Assembly: GCA_017992555.1 (NCBI GenBank)
Contig: JAGOOK010000003.1
Span: 15,776-79,775, forward strand
Reading direction: 5' to 3'
Length of the DNA: 64,000 nucleotides
Origin: Caldisericia bacterium
GTDB lineage: Bacteria > Caldisericota > Caldisericia > JAAYUI01
Of this stretch, positions 17,669-27,410 are shown piece by piece. The notes under the pieces are model-generated. The model saw only the letters and a program-made list of their open reading frames with translations, was not told where the DNA came from and searched no databases. The translations under genes and the position numbers were made by a program. Positions within the stretch are counted from its first letter, which is position 1. Every line of letters starts with the position of its first letter.

Positions 17669-18239
17669 CCTGTTCCAGTGTTTCTTCCAAAGTGACCTCT
17701 TCAAAGAGGCCTTCTTCACCTGTTTCCTCGTCTGTAGTCAGAAAAGTAACATGGGCCTTCATTTCTTCGATTCCCGAAACTCCAGCCATTTGCCTGAATT
17801 TGTCAGTCACAATATATGAGACCTTTCTCTTCTTTGTAACAGAGGGTTTTTCTATTCTTTCAAGGAGCCCTTTCTTCACAAGCCCCAGGATTGTCATTTC
17901 AGAGGGTTTGCCCCTGTATTTTGAAATCTGCTGACAAGAGGCTTCCCCTTTGCTTGCAACTATCGCCAGCACCTCAATTGCGGCAGAAGTCATCTTCCTT
18001 TTTGTGACCCTTAAAACAAGTGGTTTTATGAATTCCTCATACTCTGGGTTTGTGAGCAGCTGGGCGTGGCCATTGGTGATTTTAAGAAAGATGCCGCTGT
18101 CCCTGTACCTGATTGCCAGGTAGCCCAGCGCCTGGTTAACCTCGCTCTGGTCACATTTTGCCAAGTGTGCAAGTCGTTTTATTGCCAAAGGCTTGTTTGA
18201 GGCAAAAAGAATGGCCTCGATGGTGTTCTGTATGTTCAT
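17658..18239 (-). CDS. scpB: Segregation and condensation protein B
   Basis: 193 aa with IEAILFASNKPL, typical of ScpB, and tandem winged helices. Follows scpA with a 4-nt overlap. Confidence 0.88.
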   Translation of the reverse strand: MNIQNTIEAILFASNKPLAIKRLAHLAKCDQSEVNQALGYLAIRYRDSGIFLKITNGHAQLLTNPEYEEFIKPLVLRVTKRKMTSAAIEVLAIVASKGEASCQQISKYRGKPSEMTILGLVKKGLLERIEKPSVTKKRKVSYIVTDKFRQMAGVSGIEEMKAHVTFLTTDEETGEEGLFEEVTLEETLEQATD

Positions 18240-18931
18240 GCCTTGTCGATGTATATTGGCCCGAACGGCTCCTCCTGATATAGGAGGACCTTTTTTCTTT
18301 TTGCAAGCTCGAGGATCGCCAGAAGGTTTGTTATCACGTCAAACCTTGTGGAGTTTTTGGTCAGGAGCAGCGAAAAAAGGAGCTGGACGCCCTTCTTTAG
18401 ACGGTCCATTATTTCGCCCATTGCTGCCCTCAGATCGATTGTTTTTCTCCTGACTATTATTGGCGTCTGGTCGACTTCGCGCTTTTTTGCCAGCCGGGCG
18501 ATTATTGCCACCAACCTCTTGTTGGTTGGAACCGATATTTCCTCCGAGCACACGACTTCCGGGGAAGGCCTTGGAAAGCTGCCTGTATCAAGCTCAAAGT
18601 TTCTTTTTATGAGCTCCTTGAGCTGGCACAATGCGTTGAAATTGCCCTCAAGCCTGCCCTCGAATTCGCCGGTTTCAAATATGGAAGGCTTTGTTTTTTC
18701 AATAAACCTTCCGCCATTTGCCACGAACTCTGATTTCATAAGCAACAGGCTTGCAACCTTGTCAAGCGCTTCAAGCTGGGAGGCTGTTACGCTGTCTGAT
18801 TGCACGATTATTTCCAGGAGCTTTTCAGTGATGACGGCAAGCCTGATGTTGTATGGTGAAACTTTCCCGGCCCTAGCCGATTGGATAATCAGCCCAAGGC
18901 TGTTTGGATTTACAACATTATCAATAGGCAA
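18236..18931 (-). CDS. scpA: Segregation and condensation protein A (kleisin)
   Basis: 231 aa with C-terminal ITNLLAILELAKRKKVLLYQEEPFGPIYI, the conserved ScpA end. Confidence 0.85.
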   Translation of the reverse strand: MPIDNVVNPNSLGLIIQSARAGKVSPYNIRLAVITEKLLEIIVQSDSVTASQLEALDKVASLLLMKSEFVANGGRFIEKTKPSIFETGEFEGRLEGNFNALCQLKELIKRNFELDTGSFPRPSPEVVCSEEISVPTNKRLVAIIARLAKKREVDQTPIIVRRKTIDLRAAMGEIMDRLKKGVQLLFSLLLTKNSTRFDVITNLLAILELAKRKKVLLYQEEPFGPIYIDKA

Positions 18932-19901
18932 GGCCCATCCTCTCTTTTACCTCATTCCAGATCGGCGTGGTAAATTCGTTTGCCTTTCTGGAGCCTTCAT
19001 TCAGGATTTCCCAAACCATTTTTGGATTTGACTCGTATCCGGCCCTCTTTTCCCTGAGCGGAGCAATGACCCCGTCCATGAAAGCCGCGAGCTCTTTCTT
19101 GCATGCGACACAACCAAGCTCTCCCTTTTTGCAACCTTCAGCCCTGCCTTCAAGGTTAGGCGTTTTGAGGATCTTGTGGAAATCATATACCGAGCAGATG
19201 TCCGGGTGGCCCGGGTCAGCTTTTCTTATCTTCTCTGGATCAGTGATCATTTGCGAAATCTTTTGCTGTATCTCTTGAGGGTTGTCAGAAAGAAAAACGG
19301 CATTGTCAAGGCTTTTGCTCATCTTCCTGCCATCCATGCCTGGTATCAGTGGATAGTTTCTTAGGAATTCCTGTGGCTCCGGGAATGTTTCACCGTACAT
19401 TGAATTGAACCTTCTGGCAATTTCCCTTGAAATCTCCAGGTGTGGCCTCTGGTCTTTGCCTATGGGGACGAGATTGGCTTTGTAGGCAAGTATATCTGCG
19501 GCCTGAAGCACAGGATAACCAAGCAGTCCATGCCCAACGCTGTCCTGGAGATTCATGTCCCTGATCATGTCCTTTACTGTCGGGTTTCTCTCAAGCCACC
19601 CTGTTGGAGTGAGCATCGAAAATATAAGGTAGAGATTGTAGTGTATTGGAACTTCAGATTGGATAAGAACGGCCGATTTCTGCGGATCTACTCCTGCCGC
19701 AAACCAGTCGCAGACCATCTGGAAGATGTTTTCCTTTATTTCTGAAGTTTTGTCAGCGCTTGTTGTCAGGACATGAAGGTCTGCAACAAGGAAAAAACAT
19801 TCGTGCTGGTGCTGCATTTCGACGTAGGAAAGCAGGACTGAAAGGTAGTGTCCGATGTGCATTCGGCCTGTTGGCCTCATGCCAGAGAGTATTCTGGCCA
19901 T
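18921..19901 (-). CDS. trpS: Tryptophan--tRNA ligase
   Basis: Start MARILSGMRPTGRMHIGHY (HIGH-type motif) at 19901, plus KMSKS. The ORF-track N-terminal extension to 20042 is discarded because 19901 overlaps the upstream stop as TGATG. Confidence 0.92.
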   Translation of the reverse strand: MARILSGMRPTGRMHIGHYLSVLLSYVEMQHQHECFFLVADLHVLTTSADKTSEIKENIFQMVCDWFAAGVDPQKSAVLIQSEVPIHYNLYLIFSMLTPTGWLERNPTVKDMIRDMNLQDSVGHGLLGYPVLQAADILAYKANLVPIGKDQRPHLEISREIARRFNSMYGETFPEPQEFLRNYPLIPGMDGRKMSKSLDNAVFLSDNPQEIQQKISQMITDPEKIRKADPGHPDICSVYDFHKILKTPNLEGRAEGCKKGELGCVACKKELAAFMDGVIAPLREKRAGYESNPKMVWEILNEGSRKANEFTTPIWNEVKERMGLAY

Positions 19902-20569
19902 CAATATCCTCCAATAAATGGTGTGAAATAAGCAAAATAGGGTCTTCCTATCATGCCGAACAGCTTGAGAAAGACGCTCGAAGCTGAAATCAGCCATGAA
20001 AGAAGTGGTGTCAAGATTATCAGTATGACGATGAGTGTCCACCCCATGTAGGTTATGGCCATGGAGTCGTAGACCCCTTGTGGCTTGTGGTATAGAAGTC
20101 CAACAAGCAACTTGAAACCAGGCAGTTGTGGTATGGGGAGAAGATTGAACAGGGCAAAAAACACATTGAAGGCACAGAAAAATTCCACTGCAGATTTTAT
20201 GGTCCTCAAATCAAGATTTGTCACCGGCTCGAGCCACTTGAGCAGCAAGTAGACGAGTCCTCCAGTAATCCACATGGCCAGGTTTGCCCCAACACCTGAC
20301 AGTTCGATAAGCAGGGGCGCGTAGCTTTTTTGCCCGAGATCGTTGAAATTGTACTGCATCGGCTTCATCCAGCCTATATAAAAAATCAGTAGTGATGCGC
20401 TTCCAAAAATATCGAGATGATGAAGGGGATTCCAGGAAAATCTCCCCTGTATCTTTGTTTGCCTGTCACCGAGCCTGTAGGCCACCCATGCCCTGACATA
20501 GCAGTTTACAAGTCCGCATCCCACAAAAAGAATCAGGAGTGGAAACATTTTTATCAGATAATCATTCAC
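19901..20569 (-). CDS. Site-2-protease (M50, YwhC-like) family membrane protein lacking the zinc ligands
   Basis: AWVAYRLGDRQTKIQGRFSWNPLHHLDIFG aligns to the family segment that follows HExxH, but the HExxH position reads NCYVR. The NLLPIPPLDG motif reads NLLPIPQLPG. Confidence 0.7.
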   Translation of the reverse strand: MNDYLIKMFPLLILFVGCGLVNCYVRAWVAYRLGDRQTKIQGRFSWNPLHHLDIFGSASLLIFYIGWMKPMQYNFNDLGQKSYAPLLIELSGVGANLAMWITGGLVYLLLKWLEPVTNLDLRTIKSAVEFFCAFNVFFALFNLLPIPQLPGFKLLVGLLYHKPQGVYDSMAITYMGWTLIVILIILTPLLSWLISASSVFLKLFGMIGRPYFAYFTPFIGGY

Positions 20570-23195
20570 TAGCTATCCTCCTGGCAAGTTCTAATTCCTG
20601 TATATATCCAGAAACCAGTCCAGCCACTTTTTGTTCCAGGACCTGGTCTATGATGGCCTTGAAGTTTTTTGTCTTCTTTAGCCCGTTTGAAATGAGGTCC
20701 TCTCCGGTTATTTCAAGCCTGATGTTGCGTATTTTACCCACCAGGTCGAGGTTTTTCAAGTTTTCAGGCAGCCTCCCGCCCATGCAGGCAAAGACAATCG
20801 CAGAATCATTGAGGTTTTTCAGCGACCTGAATATCTCCAGGCGGTCACCCTTGCCAATTGCCTGGGAGAGCAACAGGGAACCTTCCTTGGATGTTTCAAC
20901 TGTGTCGATGAATTTACCTGACATCCTTATTCTTGAGAGGCACTCCCTTAATGCACCCTTGTCGATTGCCATTCCAAGAACGAGGCACCTCAGGACCCGC
21001 AAATCGGGCTTGAAGCCTTTTCTTGTGGCAATTGCTGCTAGCCTGTCAGCCTTGACAAGGAGCTGGTGCAGACCATCCGGCAACTGCCCAAAGATGACCG
21101 TGAGTCCGTCCATCTGCTCCAGAAGGTAGAGCATCTCAGAACCTTTTTCGTGCCTGAGTATCTTTTCAAACTCCTGTGCTGTCCTCTCATTTTTGGCTGT
21201 GGCGAGGAGACCGGTCCTTATGGCATCTACCGCGAGACGCTTAGTCTCTTTTTCCAGCGTAAAATTCAATATTTTTGAATAGTATGCGGCCCTCAAAATC
21301 CTGGTTGGGTCTTCTACAAAAGAGAGATTATGCAAAACTCTAACTTTCTTCGTTGCTATGTCGTCGAACCCTCCGCAATAATCGAGGATTTTGTCCTTGT
21401 TTGGGCCATTGAGCGAGAGGGCGAGGGCGTTTATTGTAAAGTCTCTTCTCATCAGATCTTCCCTGATTGAGCTTTGGATCACATTCGGGTAAGCGCCAGG
21501 TTCGGTGTAGTATTCCGCCCTTGCCGTAGCAAAATCGTACTGTATCCCATCCAGGAGCATTCTTGCCGTGCCGAACCTTTCGTGGGTCGTTATTTTGCCA
21601 CCCAATTCATCTGCAGCTGATTTGGCAAGATTGACTGCATCGCCTTCCACAAGAATGTCCAGATCGGTGGGCTCTTTGTCCATGATGCTGTCCCTTACGG
21701 CGCCACCAACGAGATAGAGGTTGTGTCCCAGCTTGTTGGCTATCCTCACAAACACATCTATCTTCTCCTGGACGCTGGCTGGTACCTTCTGCTGGAGCTC
21801 TCTGGTCTGCGTTTTGTCGATGAATGTCGGTGGCGGGAACGGCCCGATGTCTTGCCCCCTGTGCCAGAAAGAGGCCTTCAGGACGTCCGAACGGGTCACA
21901 ATGCCAACCACCCTGCCATCTGAAACAACCGGCAGCCTTCCGAGTGATTTCTTCATCATGAGCCTTCTGGCTTCAACGATGGAAGCACCCGCATCTATCG
22001 TGACAACATTTGTCGTCATATAGCGTTTGACCGGCCTGTGCTGGTACTCATCAGGAACTCTGTCCAGATCGCGCCTTGTGATGATTCCTATCAGCCTGTC
22101 TTCATTGACGACAGGCAACCCACCGTGCCCAAACCTTTGCACCTGTTTTAAAGCTTCGCTTACCGGCACCTCGGGACCAACGGTTTTGACTGGCGAGCTC
22201 ATGATTGAAGTGATTGTTGGTGGAGGAATAATTTCTTCTTCGCAGACTTTTCTGATTCTGTAGAATGCCAACTTTGGGTCGAGCTCACCCTTTATTTTTG
22301 CGGCCGACGCGGTTTTGTGCCCGCCACCGCCAAAGTGGCTCAGCACCTTTGCGGAGTCAACCAGCCTGTCGTCCAAGGACCTGCCGACAAAGTATGTGCT
22401 TCCAGTCATGGAGCAGGCAGTAAATATTGCATCTGCCTCGACCAGGTCAAATAGCTTGTGTGTTATGAAAGCAAGATTTTCCACATAATCTTTGTATTTG
22501 ACGCATGAAATGGCAATAAGGATGCCACCCATCGGGACAACCTCAATATTGTCCAGAAATTGCTTGAGGATGTCTTTTCCTCGCTGGTCAAGTGCAGTGG
22601 AGAGAAATCTCCTGACAACCTGGAGGCTAGCGCCAAGTGATAGCAGATATGCCGCAACTTCAAGGTCCTGTGGGGTTGTTGTCGGGGATATGAGGTTGGC
22701 TGTGTCTTCGTAAACTCCAGTCAGCATGACGGTTGCTTCCTGAGGTGATATATAAATTTTTCTCAGTTTGAGGAGTGGCAGGAGCATCGTGGTGGTTGAT
22801 CCGACCTCTTTTTGTACAAGCCTGCAATTGGTGCGTCCCTTTGAGACTGTGTGGTGGTCAAAAATAACGCAACGCTGGAGATTTTTGAAGCCAGCTATAA
22901 AGTCCCAGACTTTTTTTGAAGGCCTGGTATCAACAATAAAAAGCTCCTTTATTGAATCAGGGTCGTACTCCTCAAAATCCTCAAGTCTTATGAAGTCTTT
23001 GTATATGCCAAGAAACATTTGCACTGGTCTCTCCACTCCGGAGACCTTTACAGGGAGTGCCCCATGATATAGCTTTGATATGCAAAGGGAGGCCGCCAGA
23101 GCGTCGAAATCGATGGACGACAGGCATGTGACGATTCTGGACGTTGTTTTTTTGGCCATCAATGCGAGGTTACACTCACGCTTCCCAGCTGTCAA
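20562..23195 (-). CDS. cca: DHH/DHHA1 - CBS pair - tRNA nucleotidyltransferase/poly(A) polymerase fusion protein (CCA-adding type)
   Basis: 877 aa. N-terminal DHH-like (FDHH, GGGGHKTASA), then two CBS domains, then the polymerase head LYLVGGAVRDSIMDKEPTDLDILV and RDFTINALA. The start may be MAKKTTS at 23159. Confidence 0.75.
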   Translation of the reverse strand: MTAGKRECNLALMAKKTTSRIVTCLSSIDFDALAASLCISKLYHGALPVKVSGVERPVQMFLGIYKDFIRLEDFEEYDPDSIKELFIVDTRPSKKVWDFIAGFKNLQRCVIFDHHTVSKGRTNCRLVQKEVGSTTTMLLPLLKLRKIYISPQEATVMLTGVYEDTANLISPTTTPQDLEVAAYLLSLGASLQVVRRFLSTALDQRGKDILKQFLDNIEVVPMGGILIAISCVKYKDYVENLAFITHKLFDLVEADAIFTACSMTGSTYFVGRSLDDRLVDSAKVLSHFGGGGHKTASAAKIKGELDPKLAFYRIRKVCEEEIIPPPTITSIMSSPVKTVGPEVPVSEALKQVQRFGHGGLPVVNEDRLIGIITRRDLDRVPDEYQHRPVKRYMTTNVVTIDAGASIVEARRLMMKKSLGRLPVVSDGRVVGIVTRSDVLKASFWHRGQDIGPFPPPTFIDKTQTRELQQKVPASVQEKIDVFVRIANKLGHNLYLVGGAVRDSIMDKEPTDLDILVEGDAVNLAKSAADELGGKITTHERFGTARMLLDGIQYDFATARAEYYTEPGAYPNVIQSSIREDLMRRDFTINALALSLNGPNKDKILDYCGGFDDIATKKVRVLHNLSFVEDPTRILRAAYYSKILNFTLEKETKRLAVDAIRTGLLATAKNERTAQEFEKILRHEKGSEMLYLLEQMDGLTVIFGQLPDGLHQLLVKADRLAAIATRKGFKPDLRVLRCLVLGMAIDKGALRECLSRIRMSGKFIDTVETSKEGSLLLSQAIGKGDRLEIFRSLKNLNDSAIVFACMGGRLPENLKNLDLVGKIRNIRLEITGEDLISNGLKKTKNFKAIIDQVLEQKVAGLVSGYIQELELARRIASE

Positions 23196-23247
23196 TTACT
23201 TGAACAAACTTTGTCATTAGATATATTGTTTGCGGAAAGGACCTAAC

Positions 23248-24537
23248 ATGAGAATACTTGCAAAAGACGCAGTCAACCATATTGGCGAAGAAATAACGCT
23301 AGAAGGCTGGATACACAACCTCAGGGAACTCCCCGAGTTCAGCTTCATTGTTTTGAGAGACAGAACGGGAACTGTACAGGGGATTCTTGAAAATCCCGAT
23401 TTTGAGGTCCCGCAAATTGGAAATGAATACGTGATAAGGATGAAAGGCAATTGCGTAAAATCCGAAATCGCGAAGGCTGGTTTTGAGATAAAAATAACTG
23501 GAATTGAGGTGCTCTCAAAAGTTGTTGATGAATTGCCAACACAGATCAACAAGAAAAACCCAGTCGAGCACCTGGACAGGCTCCTTGACTACAGATATTT
23601 TTCGCTCAGGCACCCAAAGCTTGCCGCAGTTTTCAAAGTGCAATCCTGCATATCGAGAGGATTTAGGGAATACCTTTCTTCACAGGGATTCACTGAGATC
23701 CACACACCAAAAATTGTCGCTTCCGGGACAGAGGGTGGGGCAAACCTCTTCAAGGTGGACTATTTTGGCCGTCCGGCATACCTGGCCCAGTCACCGCAAT
23801 TCTACAAGCAAATGATGGTCGGCGTGTTTGAAAGGGTCTTTGAGGTTGCGCCAGTGTTCAGGGCAGAGCCGCACAACACCAGCAGGCACGTCAACGAATA
23901 CACGTCCCTTGATTTCGAGATGGGCTACATCAAGGACGAGAATGACATAATGGACATGGAAGAGGCAGTTCTCCAGTATGTTGTGGGGTTGGTCAATGAA
24001 ACATGCCAGGCCGAACTGGAACTGCTTGGTGCCAAAGTCTCAATCCCTGCAAAAATACCGAGGATGAGGATGACAGAGGTCCACGAAATCCTTGAAAAGA
24101 AATACAAAATAAAATATCCGCAAGGATTTGATATTGACCCTGAGGGTGAAAGGGCTATATGTGAGTATGTCCAGAAAGAAACTGGCTCGGAGTTTGTTTT
24201 TATTGATGGCTACCCGATTGAGGCAAGGCCAATGTATACGATGCCTGACCTGGAGCACCCTGGTGACACAAGAGGGTTTGACCTCATCTACAGAGGCATG
24301 GAAATAACAACTGGCGGCCAGAGGATACACGGGTTTGACATGTTGGTGGATAATATCCGCAAATTTAAGTGCAATCCGGACGATTTCACTTTCTATACCG
24401 ATGTGTTCAAATATGGCATGCCGCCGCATGGTGGGCTGGCAATCGGACTGGAGAGGATCACCTGCCAGATGCTCGGACTGAAAAACATAAGAGAGGGGAC
24501 GCTCTTCCCAAGGGACCTGGACAGGCTCACACCTTAA
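23248..24537 (+). CDS. aspS: Aspartate--tRNA ligase, archaeal/short type (possibly non-discriminating)
   Basis: Starts MRILAKDAV, then an OB-fold and class II motifs (FRAEPHNTSRHVNEYTSLDFE, GGLAIGLERI). About 430 aa, as in type-2 AspRS. Confidence 0.9.
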   Translation: MRILAKDAVNHIGEEITLEGWIHNLRELPEFSFIVLRDRTGTVQGILENPDFEVPQIGNEYVIRMKGNCVKSEIAKAGFEIKITGIEVLSKVVDELPTQINKKNPVEHLDRLLDYRYFSLRHPKLAAVFKVQSCISRGFREYLSSQGFTEIHTPKIVASGTEGGANLFKVDYFGRPAYLAQSPQFYKQMMVGVFERVFEVAPVFRAEPHNTSRHVNEYTSLDFEMGYIKDENDIMDMEEAVLQYVVGLVNETCQAELELLGAKVSIPAKIPRMRMTEVHEILEKKYKIKYPQGFDIDPEGERAICEYVQKETGSEFVFIDGYPIEARPMYTMPDLEHPGDTRGFDLIYRGMEITTGGQRIHGFDMLVDNIRKFKCNPDDFTFYTDVFKYGMPPHGGLAIGLERITCQMLGLKNIREGTLFPRDLDRLTP

Positions 24538-25799
24538 TGCCATCTTTCTGTTTTTTGACAATCGGTTGCCAAATGAATGTTTCTGATTCGGAGTTCTATT
24601 CGAGCATCCTGCTTGAGTCAGGGTTCGTTGAGGCCCCGGAGGAAGAAGCCGACATTATTTTCATAAACACCTGTGCAGTCAGGGAGGGCTCGGTCCATAA
24701 ACTGGATTCGAAGCTTGGCGAACTCTACAAGAGAAAAAGGCAGACAGGCCTTCCAAAAGTAGGGGTTGTGGGGTGTGTTCCGGCCATAGACCTGAAGAGT
24801 TTCAAGAAAAGGCACAAGCAGGTCGATTTTGTCCTGGGCACATACCATGACAGGGAATCAATGCAGGGTGCCCTGGAAGAGGCCTTGGGATTTGAACTCG
24901 AGCATGGTGTTTCCCCAAGGGCATCTTCTATTTCAGCATTTGTGCCCATAACAACTGGTTGCGACAGCTTCTGCACCTATTGCATTGTCCCATATACAAG
25001 GGGCAGGCTTGTTTCCAGAGAGGTTGAAGAAATCCTTTCTGAGACAAAATCATATATCGAATCTGGGGCCAAAGAAATTGTCCTTCTTGGCCAGAATGTC
25101 AATGCCTATGGCCTGGACAAGGACAAAAAGGACGCCTTTGTCGATCTGGTGCGTAGAGTATCAGAACTTCCAGGCGTTCTCAGGGTTAGGTTTATAACGT
25201 CCCACCCAAAAGACATGGATGAAGAGACTCTTTTGAAACTGAGGGAAATAAAAAATCTGGCCTGGTTTTTCCATCTCCCTGTACAGGCTGGCTCGGACGA
25301 AGTCCTCTCAAGAATGAACAGGCGATACACAGTAGAAGGTTACAAAAAACTTGTGGCAAACGTCAGAAGAATATTCCCAGGGGCTGGCGTGACAACTGAC
25401 GTTATTGTCGGTTTTCCTGGCGAAACTGAAGAGCAATTCGAGCAGACAATGGCGCTTTTCAGGGAGCTCCGTTTTGAACAGGCCTACATGGCGATGTACT
25501 CGCAAAGACCAAAGACCCCTGCGGCCAACTTCTCCGGCCAGGTTGACAGGGAGGAATTGCACCGAAGGGTAAGCGCCATTGTGGAACAGCAAAAGAGGAT
25601 TGCCGAACAGGTTGGTGCGGACTATGTCGGCAGGGTCCTGAACGTATTGGTTGAAAATGTTGAAGACGGGCATTCTTTTGGACTCTCGGAGACCGGCAGG
25701 CTTGTCAAGATAAAGGGCCAGTTTGAGAAAGGAACGATTGTGAAGGTGAAGATAAGCAAGCCTGGGATGAGAAGTCTGGAGGGTGAACCTATCCAATGA
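24537..25799 (+). CDS. miaB: tRNA (i6A37) methylthiotransferase MiaB
   Basis: Start MPSFCFLTIGCQMNVSDSE overlaps the aspS stop (TAATG). Has the rSAM motif CDSFCTYC and a C-terminal TRAM domain. Confidence 0.85.
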   Translation: MPSFCFLTIGCQMNVSDSEFYSSILLESGFVEAPEEEADIIFINTCAVREGSVHKLDSKLGELYKRKRQTGLPKVGVVGCVPAIDLKSFKKRHKQVDFVLGTYHDRESMQGALEEALGFELEHGVSPRASSISAFVPITTGCDSFCTYCIVPYTRGRLVSREVEEILSETKSYIESGAKEIVLLGQNVNAYGLDKDKKDAFVDLVRRVSELPGVLRVRFITSHPKDMDEETLLKLREIKNLAWFFHLPVQAGSDEVLSRMNRRYTVEGYKKLVANVRRIFPGAGVTTDVIVGFPGETEEQFEQTMALFRELRFEQAYMAMYSQRPKTPAANFSGQVDREELHRRVSAIVEQQKRIAEQVGADYVGRVLNVLVENVEDGHSFGLSETGRLVKIKGQFEKGTIVKVKISKPGMRSLEGEPIQ

Positions 25800-27025
25800 A
25801 TCCGGCAACTTATTTGTCAAAATGCGAGAGCGAGCTTTCTGGCCATTTTGCCCGAATTGACAGCATGGCCGACAAAAGACTCATGGGGGTTGTTGAAGCC
25901 TACAGAAAGGTCGGCCTCGCAAATTCTGATTTGTGTGGTTCAACCGGCTACGGGCTTGGAGATTCCTCAAGAGACAAGCTTGAAGAGGTTTACTCGATTA
26001 TTTTTGGTGGAGAGTCTGCACTCGTGAGGCCCCAGATTGCCAGTGGAACCCATGCCCTCGCGTGTGTCCTGTTTGGCCTGTCAAGGCCAGGGGACAGGAT
26101 CGTTTCGATAACGGGCACCCCCTATGAGACTTTGCAGGAAGTGATTGGCATCAGGCAGTCCGTTGGTTCGCTTTCGGAATTTGGTGTTTCCTACGCTCAA
26201 ACGGACTGGCGGGCTGATGGGTCAAAAGATTTTGGCTTGCTTGCTCCCCCAACAAAAATCATCATGATACAGCGCTCACCTGGATACAAAACGGGGCGAC
26301 CAGTAACGATAGATAATATTGGGGAATGGGTGGAAGTTATCAGAAAAGCTGGCAGTGACGCAATTATAATGGTGGACAACTGCTATTGCGAGTTTTGCTC
26401 CGAGAAGGAACCATGCCATGCTGGTGCCGATCTTTCGGTCGGGTCACTGATAAAAAATCCGGGCGGCGGGTTGGCTTTTACGGGCGGATACATTGTTGGT
26501 AAAAGCGACCTTGTTTCCAGAATTGCCACAAGAGTCACAGCGCCGGGCATCGGGGCCGAGGTCGGGGCAACGTGGGGTTTCATGCTGGATGTTTTCAGGG
26601 GGCTTTTTACTGCCCCTTCGCTTTCATCCTCTGCGCTCAAGGGAGCGCTTCTATGGGCCAGGTGTTTTGCCGGCCTTGGTTTTGAGGTGAACCCAAAGCA
26701 TAATGAAGAGCACGCAGATGTTGTGGTCTCAATAAAGCTTGGCTCAAGAGAACTCTTTATGGCTTTTGGAAAGGCCATTCAGGAGGTATCGCCAATTGCT
26801 TCAGGTGCAACGCCTGTTCCATTTGACCAGGGTGGGTATGACGCACCAGTGATGCTGGCCGGGGGAGGTTTCATATCCGGGGGTACATCAGATCTTTCCT
26901 GCGATGGCCTTGATAAACCCCCTTACTGGGTTTACGTTCAGGGAGGAGCCAACATGAACCACATAAGGTTGGGGATTTTGAATGTTCTTTCTTCTTTTGA
27001 AAGGATGGGATTTTTTGGCGCATAG
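25796..27025 (+). CDS. ynbB: YnbB-type (aluminium-resistance / Met gamma-lyase-like) PLP enzyme
   Basis: 409 aa with GSTGYGLGDSSRDKLEEVY...ALVRPQIASGTHAL, characteristic of the YnbB family. Confidence 0.8.
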   Translation: MNPATYLSKCESELSGHFARIDSMADKRLMGVVEAYRKVGLANSDLCGSTGYGLGDSSRDKLEEVYSIIFGGESALVRPQIASGTHALACVLFGLSRPGDRIVSITGTPYETLQEVIGIRQSVGSLSEFGVSYAQTDWRADGSKDFGLLAPPTKIIMIQRSPGYKTGRPVTIDNIGEWVEVIRKAGSDAIIMVDNCYCEFCSEKEPCHAGADLSVGSLIKNPGGGLAFTGGYIVGKSDLVSRIATRVTAPGIGAEVGATWGFMLDVFRGLFTAPSLSSSALKGALLWARCFAGLGFEVNPKHNEEHADVVVSIKLGSRELFMAFGKAIQEVSPIASGATPVPFDQGGYDAPVMLAGGGFISGGTSDLSCDGLDKPPYWVYVQGGANMNHIRLGILNVLSSFERMGFFGA

Positions 27026-27410
27026 GCTCACAGTCAGGACACCCAGTAGAAACGCCTTTGTCGATATAACAAGGCTTGTCCAGGATTTTGTCTCGGTTTC
27101 GGGTTTCATTGACTGTACAGTCAGTATTTTTTGTCCCCACACAACATGTGCTGTAACCATCAATGAAAACTCTGATCCGGATGTTGTTTCCGACGTACTT
27201 ACCTTTCTCTCCGCAATGGTGCCAAAAAACAGCAATTTTTCCCATTCCGAAGGCAACTCTGATGCACACATAAAAACAATGCTTTTTGGCAATTCAGTCA
27301 GCGTTTTTGTTGAGGATGGCAAGCTTTTGTTGGGCACGTGGCAGGCAATCTATCTTGCCGAGTTTGATGGGCCAAGGGAAAGGCAAATATGGCTGAAAAT
27401 AACAAAGTAG
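26982..27410 (+). CDS. yjbQ: YjbQ/UPF0047 family protein (secondary thiamine-phosphate synthase-like)
   Basis: Has VDITRLV...CPHTTCAVTINENSDPDV...HSEGNSDAHIK...GTWQAIYLAEFDGPRER. The real start is possibly the TTG at about 27015. Confidence 0.85.
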   Translation: MFFLLLKGWDFLAHRLTVRTPSRNAFVDITRLVQDFVSVSGFIDCTVSIFCPHTTCAVTINENSDPDVVSDVLTFLSAMVPKNSNFSHSEGNSDAHIKTMLFGNSVSVFVEDGKLLLGTWQAIYLAEFDGPRERQIWLKITK

